Assembly (NCBI GenBank): GCA_039621445.1
Contig: CP154954.1
Coordinates: 42,840,632 to 42,904,631 of the forward strand
Source of the DNA: Euglena gracilis
Lineage: Eukaryota
Length of the DNA: 64,000 nucleotides
Direction of reading: 5' to 3'
Under the pieces are notes generated by a model. That model saw nothing but the letters and a program-made list of their open reading frames with translations, was not told the DNA's origin and made no database searches. Of this stretch, positions 32,450-45,000 are shown piece after piece (position 1 is the first letter of the stretch; each line of letters opens with the position of its first letter). Both the position numbers and the translations under genes were made by a program.

Positions 32450-34297
32450 AGGCTTGGGAGGGGAGGGCGGAGGCCCTGGGGGGGGGGGGGGCAAAGGAGG
32501 AGGCGACAGCGCAGAGGCTCCATCGGTTCACAGACGCAGGCGCGACGCAGAGGGTTGCTGGGGCGTGAGACAGGAGTGTGGCATCGGAGATTTACTCGGA
32601 AGCCTCGGCCGCCAGCGAGGCTCTGAGAATTTTTTGTATTTTTTTTTGGAAAGCCATGCTGAGTGGGACTGGCCATTCAAGCAACAGAATAACTGGTCCG
32701 CAAAATCATTACATACACACATATATACACACATGTGGCGTAAATCACTGCCCATGCAGATACATTGCCCATTTGAACAATATTGTGTGCTCAACATATA
32801 TCGGCACACATAACAACAATATAATACACATCACAAAACGCAATTGAGTTTCGCTGTTTCAATGTCATCCAGCACTTTACTCCTCCGGTGGTATTGGAAA
32901 ACACATCAATTCAAGCGCAAGAACTCAACCATGGAAAAAATAATTATCTTTTGGCATTCTTCTGGCAAATTGATTTTTTTTACACTGTCTGCAATTTCCG
33001 TGATGGCAAAAAGAAATCTCGTAAACGAGATCAGGCCAAAAAAAATATGCGATAAAAATGTTTTGATGTGGAATATAAATGTGCAAGCGGGAGAGGGAAG
33101 GGATTCATCGGACTGAGCAACTGTATCTGGCATTACATCTGGGATTGAAAAGGACATAAGAAATCGACATCTGGACGGTTGCCTGCAGCTTGGTCGCAAC
33201 GATACAAAAAAAAATTGGCTGGTGGCTGAGTTGAGTTGCGTTGAGCAGTTGGTGCTGGCTCAACAGCCAAACCCAAACCACGAGGCACCGGTGGGGACAG
33301 TGGAGACTCGTTGAGCCGAGCGGGTGTGGCCAGGCAATAACAGCGATAGCGATGCCCTATGCTTCACCTGCCGAAGCGCAACAGCGTCACATTTTACCTC
33401 AAATGCAGTGCACATTGATCGGAAAGCATTGAGTGTTGCACCAAATCAAAATTAAACTCACATGCTGTGGAGGCTTTCACACAGTTTCCAGAACATGTCA
33501 TTCTTGCTGAAAACGTACAAAACAGATAGCCTGGGAAGAGGCAATCCAGTTTCATCCCATCGCTTGATGAGGTCCCAAAAACGTCAAAAATGGAAGAGGT
33601 TCTTGGAGGTATTTCCTTTACGTCCTAAATCAGTGTGCCGCGCTCAGAAATCCACATTCTCACACGCATATTCTTTGTGATTAGGGTGCTGCATTTTTCT
33701 CGACACTGACATATATTTTTCAGAGGGGGAAAAGCACCAATCTGTGCCGGCTGCATGGCATTGTACTCTCAGCCAAAGAGCTGGGACGTGTGGCTGGAAG
33801 CAGAACATGAAACCCAACAGCCTAATCCAAAGCTGGTGTCAGCAAGTCTGCTTGGCATCGCCACCATCAGGGAAGTTCTTAAGAACCCCCCCCCCCTTAG
33901 TTGCACTCAGGCTTCTTGTCTGTTTATGGCCGGCGCTAACTTCTTAAGAACCCCCCCCCCCCGGGGGTCCAGCCTCCTGCTGAAAATGAGCTGCTGGGTG
34001 GACCCCCCAGGGGGGGGGGGAGGAGGGGGGGTCAGGAGCTGGGCTGGGCCGGAACTGCCATCCTGGTCCAGCCAGGAAGATCCACCAACCAAGTTCAAAC
34101 CCTTTGGTCCATATCCACGAATCACCAACAGGATCGTTTTCCATTATGGTTTGGTGTGTGCAGTGTGCTTCGACAGGGGAGCGACGCGCGACGACACCCC
34201 TCAGGGAGGGGGACGAGGTGCTGGAGGGAGGGGGGAGGAGGTCGCCTGCCGGTCGCTATCCGGTTCGCCCCGGCCGTCGCCAGGGAATAAACGTGCA

Positions 34298-34650
34298 TCA
34301 TTCAAGGGCCCACTTCCACGCCCGGACGGGCAGCTTGATCATACCCGTGCCACCACCGCCCTCCCCTCCACACTGCTCCGGTTTGGAGCAGTGGGCGGGG
34401 GACGGATCCCTCAAAGCAGCGGATGCCCCTGCAGTGCGGTGGTGCTGGCAAAGCATCTGGGGGGGGGGGGCAGGAGGGCGGCGCTGGGTGTGGACGACCT
34501 TCTTGGGGAGGGCCGTGCAGCAGCCGCAGCAGGTGAGGCAGGGGCTCAACTTGAGGGGAAGCAGCAGCACCCATACGATACAGCCCAGCAACGCGATGAC
34601 GAGCAGCACCGGGAAGAAGAGGATGACGTTGATCACCTTCAGCGCCTTCA
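34298..34650 (-). CDS. Small Cys-rich membrane peptide, Taximin-like (exons 34490-34650 and 34298-34345); start exon not found
   Basis: Spliced KALKVINVILFFPVLLVIALLGCIVWVLLLPLKLSPCLTCCGCCTALPKKVVH / GMIKLPVRAWKWALE*; upstream TTTTTTGCAG acceptor; frame conserved in copy 2. Confidence 0.7.
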
Positions 34651-35289
34651 CTGCAAAAAATTGGAGGTGAAAAAAAAAATTCACCCACAAAAAAATTTTG
34701 GCGCTTTGCGCCGAAAATGTTTTCGAAGCGGAACTGGACCGAGGCATTGGCAGGATGTGGTGAGGTAAAAACAACACATCGAAGAAAGGCGGCATACCAC
34801 AACCACCCATTGCCGGCTTCAAATAAAGTGTCTCTTGCTATTCCACGGCATGTGAAGGATTGGCCTGAAAGAGTGACATGGAAAACATGGGGCTAGTATA
34901 GTGTGGAACGTTTACGATGAAATGCATTCCTGCCAGGGGCCCCAATGGTTCCAGCAGATAAAAGTGCTCGCTGGAGAGGGATCCCGTCGTGGGGGTGGAG
35001 GCACAGGCTGCCTGGTCTGACGTGGACCCCAAATAGCTCTCTGGGTGCATTTGCTCCAGCCCAAGTTACTTGAGTAAACGTCCCACAAAAACAATGGGCT
35101 GGCTTGCTAAAGCTAGCAGGACCCCCCCCCCCACCGCCGGGGAAGGTGCTGCTGCGGCTGACCTGAAATTGGGGCTTGCCGCAGCCGCCAATTGCCTCAG
35201 GGGTCTGTGGGGTCTGAACCCCACAAGGGAAAATTGATTCGGAAACTGATTCCCACTCCCAACATGAAACCTTTTCAACTGAATTGTTT

Positions 35290-35475
35290 GTATATTACTA
35301 TTATGAAGATTATTATTATTATTATTATTATTATATTAATAATTACTATTATTAATATAATAATTATTAATAATAATATTATTATTATTATATTATTATT
35401 ATTATTTATTATATTATATTAATATTATTATTATTATATATATTATTATATTATTATTATTATATTATTATTAAG
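35290..35475. repeat. AT-rich (ATT)n degenerate microsatellite
   Basis: Nearly pure A/T tract. Confidence 0.9.
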
Positions 35476-35526
35476 AAAACAGTTTGTGTGCGGGGAATGC
35501 AATGTGGTTTGCAATGTCAACGCACT

Positions 35527-36232
35527 GCGGGGGGGGGGGGGGGGGGGGTGGGGGGCCCTCGGAAAAAATGCGCCAAAATGCGCAAAAAAATGCGCAAAAA
35601 ATGCGCTGAGTTTGTGACATTCCTAAGGGAAAAAGGACCGAGAAAAATTTCCAACAGTAAACCCAAAATTAAACCAAAATCACCAAAAAGAGCTGAAATG
35701 AAGGCATGCATTTTGGCCAAAAAAATGCATGACCAAGGCGTCACTCTCCGTTCACCATAACCAACAATGTCAGCCATGGTTGCCCCTTACTTGTGACCAG
35801 GGGAGTGGGATTTCTGCCTTGGTTACGTGTCAATGTGGGGTCTCTGAAACCCCTAGTGTCCTCATCGTCATTGGATGAGTACCCACACCTCATCACCAAA
35901 GGGTTTTCCCTTGAGGCGGGTCCCTTGGGTAGAAAAAAAGTGCGAAAATGGGTTCGTTGGTTACAGAAATGGGTCAGTTGAACGTGGGCAAAATTCGGTG
36001 AGCATGTGATTTGGGTGGAAAATGTGCAAAAATGGCAAAATGTGCAAAATTGGGCAAAAAAGGCGCAAAAATGGAAAATGTGCAAAATTGGGCAAAAAAA
36101 AATGCGCAAAAAAATGCACAAAAAAAATGGAAAATGTGCAAAAAATGCGCAAAAAAAAGCGCAAAAATGCGCATTTTTGAAAAATTGACAAAAATGCGGA
36201 AAAATGCGCAACGCATTCCCCCCCCCCCTGCA
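35527..36232. mobile_element. TIR element with AAAAATGCGC subterminal repeats
   Basis: TGC-G(n) at the left and C(n)-TGCA at the right, clearer in copy 2 (~59910-60610); many AAAAATG(C/T)GC units. Confidence 0.55.
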
Positions 36233-36854
36233 CACTGTTTGGCAATGCTCCTGCCCCTCCTAGCTGATCACAGGAGGTTGTGAAATGGAAGTTAGAAAGT
36301 TTTGAAAGCTATACTAAGGTCCATTAGAAAGGGGACCGACCACAGCATACCAAACACCTTTTTTGAGGAAACCTGTCGTGCTGCACCTACTGAATGCATT
36401 TGGAAATGACTTCCTTTCAACAAAAAAGGGGTGGCAATGGTCCAAAGTGATCGCATTTGGGTCGTGAAATGGCAGAGAATATCGAGTGGGCAAGCAGGTG
36501 GCCAAAACTGCTTACAAAGGAATATAGGAGGCCATTTGGTATAACCGACATTGCTATTGACATTGGCATAAACAGGATTATTTGAGAAATTCCCGGGTCA
36601 TATCCAACACAACCTTGACTTCACATCCTTTCTCTTGCTGCTTGTTTTATGTCAAAAAGGGAGAGATCCTTCCTTCGCTAATCCGTCAGTGTCCAGACCC
36701 AAAATAATCAAAATAATGGATCGTCCCACACTCTGCTCACAGTGGAAGCACAGATCGCGATGGCGTCATGCGCAAATGCGTCCCCCGAGGTTCGACCTCG
36801 CATCACCATTTGCCAACAGTGGGTGTGCTTGCCTGGGTGAGTGTTCGCCCGCCA

Positions 36855-38705
36855 CTACACGCCGCGGGCGAACAGCACGCGGTGCAGCGTGGGCCGCAGC
36901 GCCAGCATCGCCGGCCGGCAGTGCTCCCGGATGTCGTCGTCCACAAACAGGAGCGGCGCGCCTCCCGCAGCGTGGGCAGCAACAACCGCCGCCTTCTCCC
37001 CACCCCGCCGGGCGCCCACAACGTGGATGGGCAGCGTGGCTGGTGCGCCGTGTGCCGTGAGGAACGCCCGCATGGAGTCGGGGCAGGGGAGGCCGGGGTT
37101 GGAGCGGGGGAGGTCTGGGCAGAAAGAGCCAGGCCCACTGGTTTGGAAGCCAAGTCAATTAGAAACCCGTCAGCAAAGCCCCACTTTCTGGTTACCTTCG
37201 AAAAAACTTGCCCTTTGACCACTGTTTTGGGCCTTTCAGGAATTCTGCCGTTTAATGCCCTGGATTCAAAATAGCCAGTCACGCCTCGTCGCATTGGCAC
37301 GCCTTCTCCAGACAGGACCATCCTTCGGGTGCTTTTAGTGAATGAAGTCAGTGTTGCCAACCTTTTTTATTTCCATAATACGCAATAAAACGCCATTCTT
37401 TAATAATAAAAAAAAAGGCAAAACAAAAATGCAACTCCCCCAATGAAATGAAGCGGACAGGACATGCCGCGACGCGAACGTGGATCGGGTAACGTGGTGT
37501 TCGGCGAGGGACCCCCTGGGAGAGGTGCGGGTTCCGGGTCACGATGTGCACGTTGGGGTGGGCGCAGCAGAGCGCCGCCAGCAGCGGGTCCACCGTGTGC
37601 TGCCCGGCGAGGGGGTCCCCGCCAGACGTGCGCAGGCCGGCTGGGCTCGGGGGTTGGGGCAGCAGGTGGGGGAGGCCGCAAGAGGGCGAACCTTGGAGGT
37701 GATGCCGAAGGCAAAGGAGGCACCACTGAAGAATGCGCACTCCCATAGTCTTGCAACCGACCACAGTTTGCGCAAAGTGTGGGGGGATGTGTCAAACCAC
37801 CGATCCAAGACGTGACAACAAGCAGGGCAGTCATTTTGCAAAAGAAATTTTACAATCCAATGAAAAATCCAGTCATAATATTGCAAAAAAAAACGGTTCG
37901 ACCCGGGAGGAAAAAATGATTTCTGGCATCCTAGGACCATCCTCCATCCACCCAAAACATAAAAAAAAATAGCTTTCCACTTGGTTAGTTTTCGACCTTC
38001 TGGCCCTTGGGCCAACCCCCTGTGGGGGGGGGGGGTCGGTGGTTGAGTTTTTTCCCATCCAAAAGGGGAGAAAAATCCAGAAAGGAATTAAAAAAAAAAC
38101 CCGCCATTTTTTCAAACCCAAAACCGTCAATTTTTCTGGCGCTTTGAGCCGAAAAAAATTTGCATTTGTGACAAAAATTTACCTAAAATGGCCGACTTTG
38201 GGAGGAGAATTCTTCAGCCCGGAGCTCCGCACAATACCGAAAATCTGGCCAAACTTCTGAAAAGGTGCCCTCCGACTGGGGGTAGAGGCCATTGGGGGGG
38301 GTGACGGCGGTCCTTAAGGGGTCCTTTACAAAAAAAAAGAATCTGCTCCCTCAAGGACCACCCTGACAACGAGGCAGTCGCCTGGTTCGCGTGGAGGCGA
38401 CCGTGCGATCGAAGTCCAGGAAGACGGCCCCTGGGCGAAGTTGCTCCACCAGCTCCATCCTGGACAAGCCCCTGCAGTCCATCAGCCCCCCCCCCCAGGC
38501 ATCGTATTAACCCTGGTGTGCTCGCCCTCCAGTGTCGGTGCCGGATGCTGCCGCTTGCCACATGGCGGAGGGAGGGGCTTGGGCACCAGCTCGCCGTCCC
38601 CACGCCACAGGGCGCAGGCCTCGCAGCTCCACAGGTCGCACACGAAGCACTTGGCGGCGTGCGGGCAGAAGGCCCGGCGGTCGCAGCTGCTGCGGAAGGG
38701 GCATC
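36855..38705 (-). CDS. Cys-rich zinc-finger plus HAD-superfamily hydrolase, copy 1 (exons 38585-38705, 38388-38459, 37522-37627, 36855-37079); 5' part cut by the gap
   Basis: Spliced protein has HAD motif I VFLDFDRT, motif II IVTRN, motif III GEK and motif IV LFVDDD, preceded by CPF..C..FCPH..CFVCD..SCEAC. Confidence 0.85.
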
Positions 38706-38789
38706 CCCTGCGGGGCCCAGCACTGGCACATCTCTCGGAAAGAAAAAGCGAAGGGCACGAGCGTGATGGGGTGGCAGTTTTGCGATGTT

Positions 38790-38802
38790 NNNNNNNNNNN
38801 NN
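38790..38802. other. 13-N scaffold gap
   Basis: Exactly 13 N between the two duplicated blocks. Confidence 0.99.
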
Positions 38803-39042
38803 AACGAAACAATCAATCCTGGAAAGTTGACACGAGAATCAAATAAAGCGGGACGGACATGGACCATAGCACAAAGACATCCAAAAAATCTGGTGGAGTG
38901 TCCAGTGACAAATGTGAAAAACTCAATGCAAAAATGGTTGACCCCCTCAAAGTGGCCATTTTCCTTCGGCACCAAAGGCGCCGAAGGCCAAAATTTGACA
39001 CCCCCCCAAAGCGTCCACCAAAGCCTCTGCCGCCCCTTTGCC

Positions 39043-42000
39043 ACGCGACCTGCCTCAGAGGGGAGGCGATCATCTTGTTGGTGAAGAGCACCGCGACGAG
39101 GGCCACGGCGGCCAGGCTGGTGACGCTGATGATGACCAGCAGGACCACCGACCACCGGATCGGTCCATCCACGGCGGCGGTGGGACACCTGCGAGTAGTG
39201 TGACTCAACCAGCCAGAAACTCACTCACCTGCTTGCCTACTCCGAGCTCAAGGTTCCATTTTTTAAAAAAAGAAAATGCGACACCATCTGCACTTCTTTG
39301 GTGTCATGCTGCATACCCACATCATTGATGTAAAAAGGTTACAGGAAATTTTCATTCTGGTTTGAGAAGAATCTGATAACTTGACGCTTTGAAAATTAAT
39401 TAACCCTGGGCCAACCGAGAAAAAAATCCTGGGCCGACCGATAAAAAAATCCAAAAGAAAGACACAAAAAATTTAATATCCACCCCTCTGATGAAAATTG
39501 TATGGTGGGTCCCAATCTTGACTTAAAAACAATGAAGCATCTGAACTTTGATATTTTTTGAGGGAAGGCGCGTCGAAGAAACCTGAAACTGATCTTTTGG
39601 AACCTGAAAAGTGATGGTTTTTTGTTGGGGCCAATGTTGGTCAAGAAAAAATCTACAAATATGACCTTCCCAAAATGTAAGACCCCACTAGAGGTTTCCA
39701 GCAACGGACCAAGAAATTTGGGGGAATTATAAAAAATAATACGCACTCAAACATGCACAAATATTTCATTGCAACATAATGAATGCTTCTAGACAGCTCA
39801 CCTAGCTAGCCAGCCATCAATCAAAAAATAAAGATAAAAGTTGATTAATAAAGGTTGAAAATAGCAACTTATCATGGAAGATGGCAAGTATGGCACATAT
39901 GGGGGTTGAATAGAACCGAAAGAGACTCAGTCTGAAGAATTTTCAGCACGTTTTGTTAGAAGTGCCCCACCAGGTTGAACTATGAGGGGTGGCCAGCACA
40001 AGATAATAAGGGGTGACGTCCCCGCGGGAGGAAGGCAGGGGTTGATCAAACACAGCGGTCTGGGAAGGGCTAAGACCACTCTTATGAGGCTGCTCTCAGG
40101 AAGAAGACACAGGCACTGTCACACATACATTCCCTTACCTACAGCAAATATATGCTTGCACCTTCCCCTGACTCCTGGCATGCAATGCAAATACAGTGGA
40201 GTGTGAATGTTGAAATGCAAGGTTTCCCTAAAGAGATGTACAGAACTGCCTCGCGCAAAAAAGCTAAAAAGCTAAATCATCAGCACCAGTGCAAAAAAAG
40301 GCACACGATGAATCAGAAGGATGTGGCGACACAACCCCGAGTAAAATGTCAATGGAATGCGGATTAATCTGAAAGGGTGGACTGCGCATGCACGGAAGGG
40401 TTGGCCAGGGGGAACTCAGACAGCCCATCCGTTGGGCGTTGGGGGGGGGGGGCAGTGACCCCTGGGCGTCACGACACGCTGCCAGCTGATGAGGAAGCTC
40501 CCAGTGGCCGTTGCCACACTGGCGGCGGTGGCCGGGGCCTCGGGAGGGGCGGCAAGCGGGGCCAGGGCCTGGTAGGTCTGGGCCACCACGGCACAGTCGG
40601 AGCCGGCGGCGGCCACCAGTTGCCCGGCGCGGTGGGTGGCGCCAGGGGCCTCGGGGGGGGGGGGGGGCTGTCGGGCGAGGTCGGCCGTGCCGGCCTGCCA
40701 CCCACATGCGGGGCGTCGCCCCGGTAGACGGGACAGTCAGCCAAACTCCACGAACATTCCACCAAGAGCGGGCCGGCAGAGGAGCGACAACACAATCTGG
40801 TTGCATTCTCCCAACTTGGGTTTCCTTTAGGACCCGGGGGTCCCGGCCCCCCACCCCCTTTGGGGGCTTTGAGGGTCGATGTTCGGGACCCAAAGACTCG
40901 AGTATGCCAAAAGTCAAGGAAAAGCCCCCTCCGGGGGGTACCCACTCAGCCCATACCCGGTGGGTCATCAAAAAAAAGGCTTTAAAACAATCTCTGCCCC
41001 GCCCAAAAAACTGGCATCCAAGAGCTTGGACAGCATTGGGGATCTTCACAATATCCCTGGCATGGCCCAAGACCCCCAAAAGGAACCGCAACAGACTTCC
41101 ACTCCAGCAATATGCTCCTGGCATCAGGCAATCTGACAGTCATGTTGGCCTTCCAGACGAGCAGGTTTCTCCTTGAAGAAGCCAAAGAGAGGGGTTAGAC
41201 CAAATCACTTGACAGTGAGCATTTTGAGGACTTTTGCATTCGAGCCATTTAATCATTAATCTGATAAACAGCCCCTCACCAAAATTGTCGCATCCAAAAA
41301 CCACAATGCTAAACCCTTTCAATCCAAAAATGCCAAAAATAACGATATGTTGGAGGAAAATATGGCAGCGAGGGAGGGGATTCGTTGGGTTTTGTCTGCA
41401 ACGGCTGATTGTGGCTGCCTAAAAAAAATTTAAAAGAAGCCAAAAAATGATGGCAACTGCAGCGGCAGCGGCCATGCCAGTCAAATCCGGCCACCAAAAA
41501 CGGGTGCACCTCCCCACCACCACTTCCCAAGGACCGTCCTTTTTCTTTGGAGGGTCGGTCGTAAGAAGGAAATGATATTTCGTAAAAAAAAAGGTATTTT
41601 TTTACGTCAGCTTCTGTCTGTTGCATATGTCTTGGCCGTTTGAATCCCCATTGTCATCTTTCCCTCCTTTTGGCGTTCACCCTACCGACCGCTCCAGTCA
41701 CAAATTGGAAATGGAAAGAGGGGGGCTAGGAAGAGTTCGAGAGACTTTGACTCTTGAGAGTGAACCTCCATCTGAATGGATAATCACTAAAATGAAAACG
41801 ATACATCTGATATAAAGAGCAAAAAAATTGGCGTCACTATATTCTCTGAATTATTTTCTAAAACAGTTTTGCCTTCTCGACATTTTGATGGATGGAGCTA
41901 GATGAAGGCTGGGGGGCTGTGATGGAGGAAGCTGTAATGAGGGGAAAAAATGCAGGGATAGGTGAGCTGGGCAGCCCAGTTGGCTGGCCAGCCTGCAGCC

Positions 42001-45000
42001 GGCTGGCCCGGCCTTCGGCTGGCTGGCCCGGCCTCCGACCGGGCTGGACCCAGCTTTATTTCACTCGACCCCCCCCCGGGGGGGCTCCCAGCCCGAATTT
42101 GGGCTGCTGGCTGGATTTGAGCTGTTGGCTGGCTGGAGCCCCCCCCCCCGGGGGATAGGGTACCCTCCGGCTTAAGAAAACCCCTGGATGCAAGATCCAT
42201 TCATTTGCGACTTCCAACTGGCAAATGTTCAGCAGATTGTCGAGCAACTGGCTCAGGCCTCCGTTCAAGCCACTTTGGAGCGACAGGTGGATGCCTACGT
42301 TTCCGGGGAGTCCGCGGAGGGCCCCTGCCCGGCGCCACACGTGGCGGCGATCAGCGTGCCGCGGTCGTCCACGAGGTACGCCGTGGAGGCCCCCGCCGCC
42401 CCGCCGCTGAAAAACTGCACCATGGAGTGGAGCAGCGCCGCCCAGTCAGCCCCCAGGGCCTCGCCCCCCTCTGCTCCTCCGCCCATCCCCTGGCTGAGCA
42501 GTGTGAGGGGCAGCTGTGTGCAGGGGGGAGGGGGGTCTCCCCACCCACTTACCCCCTGAGCCCCCAAGAGGGGGGGTCCCGGGGGACCCACTCAAAAATC
42601 GCGAAAAATTCCAAAAATAGCACCTTTTCAAAAAAATTTCGCGCCTTCTACACCAAAAAGTAGGACCCCCCCTGAGGGGGGGGGGGGGGGCTCGGCCGGA
42701 CCCACCCACCCTACCCCCCCCGGGGTCCACGACTTAAAACAACCCTGGCTGTGTGAGTGCTGTGGTGTTGGTCGGAGGCGGTCCGCCAGGCCCTGGCCCA
42801 CGTCCTGCATCCACACGAAGTGGATCACGGGGAGGCCGTCCACGCGGGTCATGCGGTACTGCCCCACCTCCGTGAAGGCCAGGGGGATGGCCCCTCGCGG
42901 CCAACCCAGGTGTTGGGCCAAAAAAAAGTGATGGTGGATGTGATGATGAAATGATGCGAAATACACGCAGAATTTGTGCTCTGCACATATCCCCCCTCCC
43001 CCCGGGTTGAGCCACGGTCCGAAACACTTGCAGCAAGGGACACCACAGCCGTCCTGAAGGTTCCAACCTTCAGGATGGTCAAGGGTTTCTCAACTTGGAA
43101 TTCCCATACTACCCGGGAAGTTGTCACGCTTTTGAGGTCGTCACCCAAATTGTTAACTGCACCGGCTGGCTGGTCACACCGTCCTGGGGGTGAGGTTTGC
43201 TAATATTGCCTGACCTGCTACCGGGAGAAAACCCAGACTGGGAAAAACTGTTGTGGGAAAAATTCAAGAGAGAATTTTGCCCACAATTTCCCCCTCATTT
43301 TCAGGATCCGTGCTGGTTTTCTTCAGCAAAAAAAGAAGGATTGTTTCCTTCGATGAACGTCCAAAAATTTTATTTGGGCTTTGTGCCGATTCTTGGAGTA
43401 TATTACTAACTCCAAATTAGCAGTGGTTGTGCTTTTTGTTTTCTTTTTGCTGAACTTTTTCCCCTGGCAGGATTTTTCTCGTCAGCAATTCTTCCCGGTC
43501 GGATCCAGTAATGGAGGAATGCAATACACGTGCTGAATTCTGAGTCGAAGCGACCCGTATTTGCCTCCCCAAACCGCATCCCTCGCCGGACTCGCTCGGC
43601 CAGGGAGGAGGCGCCATGCGTGGGGCACTGCCGTCCGGCCGGTCCTCCTGCCACAGCCACGGCTCCAGCCACTCCGCGGAGCCGTCGCTCATGTTGAAGT
43701 ACCGCTCCCCCCGGTCGGACGGGGCGTCCCACGTCTCGAGGGTGGCCGGCGGCAGGGGGTCCCGTCGCCCGTGCAACGCTCGTGTGTGTCACCCCCAGTG
43801 TGACTACCGTCTGCCGGGATTCGTTGCAAAAAATTCACCGTCTTCACGGTGTCCTGCAGAACACCCTGGACCCGAGGTTCCAGTACCGGTCCACATGATC
43901 CGGCGCAGGCAGGTATTTGCTGTCGGCCGCAGAATGTCGGGAGGGGTCCGGAACGTCGGGAAGATGGTGCTGTAGCGAAGACTATCAGGACTGAACGTTT
44001 TTTTATTAGTTCCCACAGTAACCTTCCCGAACCCCCCCCCCCCCAACCTGCCAAGGGGTCCGGACTGCCCTGGGGTACCCGGAACCCCCCCAAAAGTCCA
44101 ATTTTTTCCTTCTGCCAATTTTTTTTGCAGTTTTCAGAAATTTTGTCCCATGATTGCCGGTCGATTTTGGGGTGGTAAAAATGGCCATGTCCAGGTAGGA
44201 AGTGTCCTTACACCCCCCCTTTGAATGGATGGGGGTCTGGACCCCCACCTATCCTTACATCGAGCCCAAAATCTCCCGCATAAAGCCAATCAGAAATAAA
44301 TGACGCATGTGTTTCGTCATCTGTTCAGCCCAGAGCTTTTTTTTAAAGTTTTGTGAGCCTGGTGGTGGGTGGTTGGGTGGGTCCCGGTCGAGCCCCCCCC
44401 CCCGGGGGGGGGGGGGTCGGGCTGAGTCAGGTACCCTGCCAGAGGCAGGGTTTTGCTCCATTTTTGGCGCGAAGCATCGAATATATTTTGGATGGTTGGG
44501 TGGGTGGGTCCGGACCCTTTTCTGTCCTAGAGCACATGGCGCGGGAGTTGGCGTTGCCGGCCATGAAATGGCACAAGTGAGCTCTCATAGTCTGCTAGGT
44601 GATAGGTGATGGGTTTGATTCCCTCATATGCATTGGACAGGTCTTTGGATTCGCTGGGTGTCCTGTGAAAGCCAATATAATGACGATGCACAACAAAAAT
44701 TATAAAACATTTGCATTGGAACCCTAAGCCTTGATGGAACATCATCAGTTACTGCAGGACGTGGGAGGTGCCACTACTGCCCCTCCCACGGCAACCTGGC
44801 GGGGGGGGGGGGTCCGGATCCGAACCATACCACTGGTTAGCGACTGCTGGGGGGGGGGGGGAGGGGGCCACTTTCAACGTTCAAAAAAACCAGTCAGTAA
44901 CTATTGAAAAACCAGTAACCTGACCCCCCGGGGGGGGGTCAGTCAGCGCCGGCCATAAACAGACAAGAAGCCTAAGTGCAACTAAGGGGGGGTGCGTCAG

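Larger units (their letters stand above)
15240..38789. repeat. Copy 1 of a ~23.5-24.4 kb direct duplication (copy 2 at ~39010-63441)
   Basis: Collinear, near-identical sequence with scattered SNPs and indels; offset grows from ~23.8 to ~24.65 kb; ends exactly at the N gap. Confidence 0.97.

Noticed and set aside
33755-34768. 337-aa plus-strand ORF
   Set aside because: Runs through repeats and is antisense to the Taximin-like exons; not intact in copy 2.
38214-39224. 336-aa ORF spanning the N gap
   Set aside because: Chimeric across the scaffold gap and in the wrong frame for both real genes.
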